A DNA stretch of 44,613 nucleotides from Candidatus Eiseniibacteriota bacterium (GTDB taxonomy: Bacteria; Eisenbacteria; RBG-16-71-46), in NCBI GenBank assembly GCA_031366795.1, contig JANLOX010000010.1:1-44613 (forward strand), read 5' to 3'. The notes under the pieces were generated by a model. That model was not told the origin of the DNA, made no database searches, and saw only the letters and a program-made list of their open reading frames with translations. Made by a program: the position numbers and the translations under genes. Shown here one piece after another: positions 37,724-44,613 of this stretch (position 1 is its first letter; every line of letters begins with the position of its first letter).

Positions 37724-40099
37724 TCAATCCTCGACGCGGACGAGGACGATCCCGGCCCAGTAAACGGGGTGGGCGTAGGGATAGTCCCCGTGGGCTCCAG
37801 GCAGCGTCCGGAGCCAGTGCTGGGCCTCGCGCAACGCCGCGGCGGCGGCCATGGGGGCGACCCTCGCGGGCAGGGCCAGAGCGCCACGCGCATTCCCCGG
37901 ACGATCGACTTCAGGTGCGAACAGGTTTCCATAGAACCGCCGCATCAGCAGCCCGGTCGCCTGGTCGTCCACGTGCCACAGGCTCACGAGCAAGGCGCGC
38001 GCTCCGGCGCCGAGTAACGCCTGCTCGAAGCCGATGTAACCTTCGACGTGCGACACGGGACCGAGCACACTGCTGCAGGCCGCGAGGCTCACGAGCCGCG
38101 CATTGAGCCGCCATTGCGTGGCGATCTCATCCACTGTCACGAGACCGTCGGGAGGCGTCGGACCCGCGCTCGCGGCGGAGACATCTGCTGCATAGGACGG
38201 CAGCCCGGGGCCGGCGCTCTCACTGAGCACGAGCGCTGAGCGCCCCGGCGATCGCTCGTCTATCGCCGCGTGGGTTGCGAAGTGGAGGAGGTCGTAGTGC
38301 CCAAGCGCTCCGCTCGCCGCGAGATCGCGCAGCTTCGCTTCCGAAGCGTCGCGGCCCAGCAGCACAGTGGCACCCGGCAGCAGCGCCGAGACAGCTTCAA
38401 TTTCGGGGCGCGTGGCACTGAGCGGCGGCCAGGCGGCGCCCGCCACGGTGGCGCTCGCGATCGCGCCGCCGCTCGCACTGCCGGTCGCGGCGGGATTCGC
38501 GGCGCGCGCAGCGCCGGTCCCGGCGTAAGCGGGATCCCCCACCAACAGCGCGCGCCAGTCCCTCGGTGTTCGCTCGTGCGCGCGGGAGCCGGCTCGCATC
38601 GCACCCAACAACGCCGAGGGCGCGTAGGCGATCTCGAAGCGGTCTCCCAGCCAGCGGCCCGAGGTATCGGCCAGCGACTCAAGCGGGATGCCCCGCATGA
38701 TGTCGGGTGACACGACGAGCAGCCGGCGCACCCCGTTGAGATCGGGCTCCAGCGGTGCGATACGCAGCGCATAGATGGCGCGGCCGAGCCGCGCGACCTC
38801 GGTGGTATCGGCAAGCCGCAGCGGCCATCCCGCCGACGCGCGCAACTCTGCCATGTAGCCGTAGAGCACGTCACTCGAGCCATGCCACATGTCGCCACCG
38901 GGGCCATCGATGCGATGCCAGCGCACGGGACCGCGATTGCGAATCGCGTAAGCCCACATCGGGTAGCCCTCGCGCCCCGCGCCGCGCTTGAGCTCCAGCC
39001 AGCCGATGATCGCGGCATCGGGCGCCAGATGGTTCTGCACGCGGCCAAGCGCATGGCGCCACATGCCGAGCGTATCGATCGCGCCGCGATCGTGGAGCGA
39101 CTCGATCAGCGTGCGGCTCATGCCGCGCTCGACCGACACCCACGCTGCAGCACCGCGATCCTGCTCGAGTTGCGCCGCGGCGAGCTGCCAGTAGATGCTC
39201 AAGTCGAACATCGCGGCGCGGCCACGGCCACCGCTCGCTGCGCGCCGCAGGTCCTCGCGCAGGGCCGCGCATTCGGTGAGCACCGACTCGGCGCTGGCGG
39301 CGCGGCCCAGGTTGCGCAACGTCATGCCGTAGGTGCTCAGGCTCATCTCGAGCCCGCCGGCGCGTGGCCGCGACAGTGCGCGCCGCAGCGTTACGGCCTC
39401 GCGCAACAGCGGCTCCGCGGCACCCCAGTCGGAGGCCTGCGTGTAGACGAGCGACAGCGCGGTGAGCGTCGCGGCAACGGCATCCGGGTCGGGCGGCGTG
39501 AGCCCTCGCCGTAGGCTAAGCGCTTCGAGAAACGCGGCTCTCGCGGAGTCGGGCCGGTTCATCGCACGGTGCATGTTCGCGAGTCCCATCAGGCTCTCGC
39601 CGATCTCGCGCGAACCCGCGGGCAACCGTTCGCGGCGTAACAGCAACGATTGGCGGCACATCTGCAGCGCTTCGGTGAGCGGTCCACCCGAGTTCTTCAC
39701 GTCGCTCGCGAGCTGCAACAGGCTCTGCGCCACCAACAGGTGTTGTTCCCCAAATATGCGGCGACGCACAGCCAGCGCTGCCTCGTCGAGCCTTCGCGCG
39801 GTGGCGAAGTCACCCTGCGCATGAACGAGCCGCGCCACCACCGTCATCGCCGCGGCGGCTTGCGGAGACTCGGGTCCGTAGCGCTGCCCGCCCGCCGTCA
39901 GCGCATGCCGGGCGAGGTCGAGTGCCATGAGGGATTCACCCGCGACATCGAGGGACTCGGCTCGGGCGAGCACGGGGTCGGCCGGTTCGGCGGCACGAGC
40001 GGTGGCCTCGCTCGGCGCAGGCAGCCGCTCGTTGGCGCCGCAGCCGCACAGGGCCACCACGAGCAGCAACAGTGCGGCATGACACCCTCTCCCGCTCAC
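37724..40099 (-). CDS. TPR-CHAT caspase-like (clan CD) protease, predicted lipoprotein
   Basis: LLLLVVALCGC lipobox, TPR repeats (AL..RR..G..H..VA.SL), IPLESL, VGDP, LHFATHA (His), LVSLAACSS (Cys), SLWHVDD, HPVYWAG. Confidence 0.9.
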   Translation of the reverse strand: MSGRGCHAALLLLVVALCGCGANERLPAPSEATARAAEPADPVLARAESLDVAGESLMALDLARHALTAGGQRYGPESPQAAAAMTVVARLVHAQGDFATARRLDEAALAVRRRIFGEQHLLVAQSLLQLASDVKNSGGPLTEALQMCRQSLLLRRERLPAGSREIGESLMGLANMHRAMNRPDSARAAFLEALSLRRGLTPPDPDAVAATLTALSLVYTQASDWGAAEPLLREAVTLRRALSRPRAGGLEMSLSTYGMTLRNLGRAASAESVLTECAALREDLRRAASGGRGRAAMFDLSIYWQLAAAQLEQDRGAAAWVSVERGMSRTLIESLHDRGAIDTLGMWRHALGRVQNHLAPDAAIIGWLELKRGAGREGYPMWAYAIRNRGPVRWHRIDGPGGDMWHGSSDVLYGYMAELRASAGWPLRLADTTEVARLGRAIYALRIAPLEPDLNGVRRLLVVSPDIMRGIPLESLADTSGRWLGDRFEIAYAPSALLGAMRAGSRAHERTPRDWRALLVGDPAYAGTGAARAANPAATGSASGGAIASATVAGAAWPPLSATRPEIEAVSALLPGATVLLGRDASEAKLRDLAASGALGHYDLLHFATHAAIDERSPGRSALVLSESAGPGLPSYAADVSAASAGPTPPDGLVTVDEIATQWRLNARLVSLAACSSVLGPVSHVEGYIGFEQALLGAGARALLVSLWHVDDQATGLLMRRFYGNLFAPEVDRPGNARGALALPARVAPMAAAAALREAQHWLRTLPGAHGDYPYAHPVYWAGIVLVRVED

Positions 40100-40854
40100 G
40101 GAGCGTGCTGCTGCAATCCCGCGCGGGCGCGCTCCCCAACGGGCCCCGGCTCACTCGCCAGTTGCCGCATCAGCGAGTCCGCCTGCTCCTTGCGGCCGGC
40201 TCCGGCGAGCGCCTGCCCGAGCGCCCATCGGCTCTCGGCGCGCCACGGCTCGGGCAGCTGCGTGTAGTCGAGCGACTGCAGTTGATCGAGCGCAGGCAGC
40301 GCGGCACCCAGTTGCAACAGCGTGTTGGCCAGGTACACGCGGCGCACCTGCTCCATGACGCCGCTCGCGTGGGCCGCCTCGAGCCCGCGCCGCGCCACGA
40401 CAAGATTGTGCTGCTCGTAGGCCGCGAGCCCCGCGAGCAACGAAGAGTCCGCGCCGTTCGAAGCGCCGCCGCGCGCGAGCACGCCGGGATCGGGCCGCGG
40501 CAGCCACACCACCGCAGCGCCGCGTGGCGCCGGTGCTGACGGTGCGCGCAGTATCACGAACAGTCCCACCACGGCCACCAACGCCGCGGCCATGGCAATG
40601 GAAGGACCCATCCAGCGCGAGCGCCGCGGCACGGCGCGTTGCGGAACGCCTGCCCCGCCGAGTACTGCGGCCTGCCGCGCGCGCGCGCGTTCGTGCGAAG
40701 CGGCGATATCGCGCATGCGCTGCTCGCAGTCCGCGCACCTCGCGAGGTGGTCGAGCAACTCACGCCGCGACTCAGGGAGCGTGAGTCCCAGCACCAGATC
40801 CAGTAGTTGGTCGGCGCTTGCGTGGCTCAGCGCGTCCGCGGGTTCAGGCGTCAC
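40096..40854 (-). CDS. zf-HC2 (ZAS) anti-sigma factor with one TM helix and an extracytoplasmic TPR-like domain
   Basis: H..(N)..HLARCADC, TM SIAMAAALVAVVGLFVIL, helical C-terminus. 4-bp overlaps on both sides. Confidence 0.85.
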   Translation of the reverse strand: MTPEPADALSHASADQLLDLVLGLTLPESRRELLDHLARCADCEQRMRDIAASHERARARQAAVLGGAGVPQRAVPRRSRWMGPSIAMAAALVAVVGLFVILRAPSAPAPRGAAVVWLPRPDPGVLARGGASNGADSSLLAGLAAYEQHNLVVARRGLEAAHASGVMEQVRRVYLANTLLQLGAALPALDQLQSLDYTQLPEPWRAESRWALGQALAGAGRKEQADSLMRQLASEPGPVGERARAGLQQHAP

Positions 40855-41606
40855 GGCGTTGCTCCTCCTTCCCTTGCGTCATTCCCTTCCGCCAATGATT
40901 CGAGCGCTGACCACAACTCGACGAACGCTCCCGCGGGCGGGTCCAGCGCGTCATGTCCCTGCTCGCCCAGGCACGCGCGAATCGCATCACGCGCGCGCTT
41001 GGCCACCACATCCACATATGCAGCATCCAGCATGATGTCAGGGTGCGTCGCGATGTCGCGGCTGGTCATGTCGTGGAACGCGCGCAGGAACCACACCCGC
41101 CGCGCCTTGGGCTGGAGGCGCCCCGCGCACTCGACCAGGGCTGCCGCCAACTCGCGCGCCTCGGCGCCCGCGTGCGGCGGCGACGCGGTGGAACGTGGCG
41201 TGTATTCATGCGCGTCATCGTCTTCATCGAATCCCTCTCCCACAGGCGTGTGGGGTCCCGCGCGACGCGTGCGGCGTACATGGTCGGTAAGCCCATTGCG
41301 CGCGACGGTGGCGATATAGCTGGCGATCTCGCCGGCCGAACGGCCATCCGGGGCCCATGCTCCAGATTCGCCGCGGGCGAGCAGATCTATCGCTTTGGTC
41401 GAGGCAATGTCCTCGAGATCCTCGTTCGTGGGGAATCCACCCCGCGCGCGGGCCCGCAGGTGCCGCATCAAGGCGCCATGGAGCGCCAGCCACAGCGACG
41501 CCCTCAAGCCATCACGGCCCGCGAGCAAGGCGCCGTCACGCAACGCCTTGCAGCAGGCGGCGACATGCAGCGGCCACTGAGCGGAGGGGTCGGGCTGGGG
41601 CGGCAT
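40851..41606 (-). CDS. ECF sigma-70 factor with C-terminal extension
   Basis: Region 2 (EDLEDIA..YIATVARN..D..R) and region 4 (LVECAGRLQPKARRVW.LR..MTSRDIA..RARDAIRAC). Confidence 0.8.
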   Translation of the reverse strand: MPPQPDPSAQWPLHVAACCKALRDGALLAGRDGLRASLWLALHGALMRHLRARARGGFPTNEDLEDIASTKAIDLLARGESGAWAPDGRSAGEIASYIATVARNGLTDHVRRTRRAGPHTPVGEGFDEDDDAHEYTPRSTASPPHAGAEARELAAALVECAGRLQPKARRVWFLRAFHDMTSRDIATHPDIMLDAAYVDVVAKRARDAIRACLGEQGHDALDPPAGAFVELWSALESLAEGNDAREGGATP

Positions 41607-41643
41607 CCCATGAGCCTACACCGCCCACGGGGTTACGTCTGGG

Positions 41644-42534
41644 CTACTTCAACGCTGCCAGCATCTCCGCCTCAGCGCGAATGCCCTCGGCGAACGAGCG
41701 GGGTGCGAACCCCAAGTCCCGCATCGCCGGGCTGATATCGACGGCCTTGGACTCTTCCAAGCGCAGCACCTGCTCGGGCCGCACCGGCGCAGGTAGTCGC
41801 AGGCGCTGGAGCAGCGTGACCATCCGGTAGGTCGCCTTGAGCGGTGTCGGCACGACCCAGGCGGGCCGTCCCATGGCGCGACCGGCTTCGCGGACTAGAT
41901 CCCGCAAGGCGATCGGCGCGGGCCCACCGACATCGTAGGCGCGACCTCCCGAGTGCGTCTGCGCGAGCGAGGCGATGATCGCCGCGGCCAGGTCATCGAC
42001 ATGCACCGGCTGCTGCAGGGTAAGGCCAGCGCCGGGCACGGTCACGACCGGAAAGCGGCGGATCCATTCGAGCAATCGCACCATGTTCCGGTCCGCCGGG
42101 GTGCCATAGATCATGCTCGGACGCAGGATGGTGTGCGCGATCGTCGAGGCGCCCAGCACCGCCTCGCCCGTGCGCTTCTTGTCGGCGCTGTGGCTCTTGA
42201 GCTTCGTGTACACGCCGGCCGAGCTGATGAACACGCCACGCTGCACCCCCGCGGCCTGCAGCACGGGCACCAGCCGCGTCGCCTGCGCCATCCCTGAGAG
42301 GTGCACGACGGCGTCGATTCCCTCGAACGCCGCGGCGTGCGCCTCGGGCTCCTCGAGATCGGCGCGGCGGATTCCAATTCCCATGGACTCGAGGTGGGAG
42401 GCATCACGGCCCGGCCGCACCACGGCGAACAGTTGCCGCCCCGACTCGGCGAGCCGCGGGAACAGTCGCGAAGCCACAAAGCCGAGCGCTCCGGTGACGG
42501 CGATGGGGCGGGAAGAAGTCGTTGTGTCGGTCAC
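41644..42534 (-). CDS. NAD(P)-dependent epimerase/dehydratase (atypical SDR)
   Basis: VTGALGFVA, FISS, LRPSMIYG, QPVHVDDLA. GTG start inferred. Confidence 0.85.
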   Translation of the reverse strand: MTDTTTSSRPIAVTGALGFVASRLFPRLAESGRQLFAVVRPGRDASHLESMGIGIRRADLEEPEAHAAAFEGIDAVVHLSGMAQATRLVPVLQAAGVQRGVFISSAGVYTKLKSHSADKKRTGEAVLGASTIAHTILRPSMIYGTPADRNMVRLLEWIRRFPVVTVPGAGLTLQQPVHVDDLAAAIIASLAQTHSGGRAYDVGGPAPIALRDLVREAGRAMGRPAWVVPTPLKATYRMVTLLQRLRLPAPVRPEQVLRLEESKAVDISPAMRDLGFAPRSFAEGIRAEAEMLAALK

Positions 42535-42672
42535 GATTGGGGCAGAATGGGGGCCGCGTCGCAGGCAATGCAAGCGGCGTGGCACCGGCCGTGGCGTCCT
42601 AGCGAAGATCACGCTACGATTGCTGCAACCTGCCGCTCTGGCATTGAGCCGTCCCGACTTCGAGACTCCCGC

Positions 42673-43188
42673 ATGACCCGCCACAGTATCGAATGCATCA
42701 TCGGCGCCTTAAATGAGGCGGACGTTCGCTATCTCATCGTGGGCGGCCTGGCCGTGGTGGCGCACGGCTTCGTGCGATTCACCGCGGACGTGGACCTGGT
42801 GCTCGACCCGGACCGGCAACAACTGCTGAAGGCCATCGAGGCGCTGTTGAAACTCGGGTATCGCCCGCGTGCGCCCGTTGACTTCCGCGCGTTTGCGGAT
42901 CCGAAGTCGCGCGCTGCATGGCGTAACGAGAAGGGCCTCACGGTATTCTCGACGTCGAGCGACGAACATCCCGATACCGAGATCGACCTGTTTCTCGAGC
43001 CGCCCTTCGATTTTGAGGCCGCCTATCTCGGCGCGGCACGAATGGAATTGGTTCCCGGCACCATCGCGACATTTGTCGGCGTGCGCGAGTTGTTCGGCAT
43101 GAAGCGCGCCGCCGGGCGCCCGCAGGACTTGCAGGACATCGAGGGCCTCCGTCCCTTACACCCCACGGCGGAGGCAAGCGATGAGTGA
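42673..43188 (+). CDS. MenT1/DUF6036-like nucleotidyltransferase (putative toxin)
   Basis: IVGGLAVVAHG..RFTADVD and MKRAAGRPQDLQD. Confidence 0.8.
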   Translation: MTRHSIECIIGALNEADVRYLIVGGLAVVAHGFVRFTADVDLVLDPDRQQLLKAIEALLKLGYRPRAPVDFRAFADPKSRAAWRNEKGLTVFSTSSDEHPDTEIDLFLEPPFDFEAAYLGAARMELVPGTIATFVGVRELFGMKRAAGRPQDLQDIEGLRPLHPTAEASDE

Positions 43189-43393
43189 GGCGGACCCGCG
43201 CGATGAGCGGTTGTGGGAAGCCGGATGGGAAGGGCACTCATTGGCCCAGCGGCAGCGGATGGCAAGACTCTCCCTCGGCGAAAAGCTGCAGTGGCTCGAG
43301 GATGCCCACCGGCTCGTGAAGCAGCTGGAGCGGGCGCGCGGGGCATCCGCGGCCCCCGCGCCCCCGCACGACTCCGGGACTCAATCCGGCTGA
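43181..43393 (+). CDS. small helical protein overlapping the NTase (putative antitoxin)
   Basis: 70 aa, GWEGH..AQRQRMARLSLGEKLQWLE. 8-bp overlap and GGAGG RBS. Confidence 0.65.
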   Translation: MSEADPRDERLWEAGWEGHSLAQRQRMARLSLGEKLQWLEDAHRLVKQLERARGASAAPAPPHDSGTQSG

Positions 43394-43417
43394 CCGCCAC
43401 TCCCGCGTGATTTCGCA

Positions 43418-43444
43418 GCAACTTTTCGGGCCCCCATCCGCGTC
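43418..43444 (+). promoter_or_regulatory. ECF-type promoter (probable autoregulation of the downstream sigma)
   Basis: GCAACT-N17-CGTC, ending 49 nt upstream of the sigma ATG. Matches the AAC/CGT ECF consensus. Confidence 0.6.
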
Positions 43445-43493
43445 CTAGTGGGTGGGACCCGCAGTACCACGCGAATCGCATGCAGGGAGCCGA

Positions 43494-44084
43494 ATGAACG
43501 CACAGGAGCGAGAACGCCGCTGGGAGCGGTTGACCCGGTTGCTCGTGCCCGTCCATGGACCGGCGCTGGCGACGGCGCGGCGGTTGTGCCGCACTTCGGT
43601 GGACGGGGAAGACCTGTACGCCGACACGGTGCTCCATGCGTTCGAGAAACTGCACACGCTTCGCGAGCAGTCCCGCTTCAAGGGGTGGTTCTTCGCCACC
43701 CTGTTGTCGCGACACCGCAGCCGCACTCGCCTCAAGTTCTGGCGCCGCTTCGTGCCGTTGGACGAAGCGTTCCCCGCGGGAACGGAGCCCACAGGCGAAG
43801 ACGGCGAGCGCTGGAACGACGAAGCTCGAAGGGCGGCGCGGGTCGCAGCGGCCCTGGCCTCGCTGCCGGCGGTACAACGGGAAGCCATCGTGTTGTTCGA
43901 GCTCGAGCACTACTCGATCGAAGAGATCGCAGGCCTGCAACGCGCCTCGGTCCCGGCGGTCAAGATCCGCTTGAGCCGGGGGCGCGAACGGTTGCGACAC
44001 TTTTATCAACAACTCGGCATCACCGAACCCCATAGGGCAATCACGCACTGCGTACCGGTTGCACGGGAGGCAAGTCCTTCATGA
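43494..44084 (+). CDS. ECF sigma-70 factor
   Basis: GEDLYADT..AF..L..LRE..RFKGWF and LASLPAVQREAIVLFELE.YSIEEIA..VKIRLSRGRERLR. Confidence 0.92.
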   Translation: MNAQERERRWERLTRLLVPVHGPALATARRLCRTSVDGEDLYADTVLHAFEKLHTLREQSRFKGWFFATLLSRHRSRTRLKFWRRFVPLDEAFPAGTEPTGEDGERWNDEARRAARVAAALASLPAVQREAIVLFELEHYSIEEIAGLQRASVPAVKIRLSRGRERLRHFYQQLGITEPHRAITHCVPVAREASPS

Positions 44085-44613
44085 ACAAATCCCGGCTCGA
44101 CCCCACGGCACACGACGCGCAACAGCGCGGCGGCGCGTCCGATGAACTGCCGGAGGACCTGCTCGCCCTGCGCCGCGAGACCAGCCGCGAGCTGCCGCCA
44201 CTCGAACATTTCGTGCGCGCGGCATCACGCCGTCCGCGCACTCTGGAGAATCTATTGATGGCCACGTCCGACAACCTGACCCGCCGCCCTCTGGGTATCG
44301 CCGCACTGGCGGGCGCCCTCGCGGTGATCGCGCTGCTCGTGATCCCATTCTCCTATGAGCGCACCACCGGCCACACCATCACGCTCGCGCTGCAGGGCGG
44401 CGCCCTCGATGCCGAGCACCTCAAGGGTATCGCGCTGCAGATGAAGAAGCTGACCAAGGCGCCTGCGGTCGCGGTGCAGGCCGACAACTCGAATGGCGCG
44501 CTGGCCTTCACCCTGACCTCGACCGTGAGCAATGCGTCGGGCATCGACGCCGACGCCACGGCGAAGGGCTTCGCCGCCGAACTGACGCGGCTCGGCTACA
44601 CGGCCAGCACCAC
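44081..44613 (+). CDS. 3'-truncated single-TM protein, probable anti-sigma factor
   Basis: Not in the ORF track because it runs off the edge. ATGA overlap with the sigma gene. MNKSRLDP..., TM IAALAGALAVIALLVIPF, then an exported domain. Confidence 0.7.
   Translation, partial: MNKSRLDPTAHDAQQRGGASDELPEDLLALRRETSRELPPLEHFVRAASRRPRTLENLLMATSDNLTRRPLGIAALAGALAVIALLVIPFSYERTTGHTITLALQGGALDAEHLKGIALQMKKLTKAPAVAVQADNSNGALAFTLTSTVSNASGIDADATAKGFAAELTRLGYTAST

Noticed and set aside
37724..41606. type III-E CRISPR (Craspase) or gasdermin defence locus
   Set aside because: No Cas7-11, CRISPR array or gasdermin in the window, and the CHAT protein carries a lipoprotein signal.

Overview
High-GC bacterial chromosomal window. 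FlgD-Ig/T9SS-like C-terminal domains on two secreted enzymes suggest an FCB-associated lineage such as Ca. Eisenbacteria (inference). The housekeeping backbone comprises a partial NuoF/FdhA-N Fe-S fusion, a Cof-HAD hydrolase, an actinobacterial Sdh1-type sdhCAB operon, an HD-GYP protein, secreted nuclease, thioredoxins, a GT-C/LamG/S8/BNR cluster, thrABC, moxR-DUF58-BatA, an OmpA-family protein and mfd. Accessory modules sit between these genes. (i) A 2.1-kb patch between convergent sdhB and HD-GYP (6270-8371) holds diverged copies of both flanking gene 3' ends, a candidate ~67-nt sRNA with its own sigma70 promoter and terminator, an MNT/HEPN-like relic, and a coupled three-gene HicA-HicB-beta-sandwich module. 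(ii) An ECF sigma / ZAS anti-sigma / lipoprotein TPR-CHAT protease / surface protein cassette lies at 36748-41606. (iii) Two MenT1-like nucleotidyltransferase plus small-partner pairs occur in opposite gene order. (iv) A perfect 25-bp inverted repeat and a PP2C fragment interrupt the moxR operon. No rRNA, tRNA, CRISPR array, integrase or transposase was recognised. All family calls come from motif recognition by eye, not database searches.
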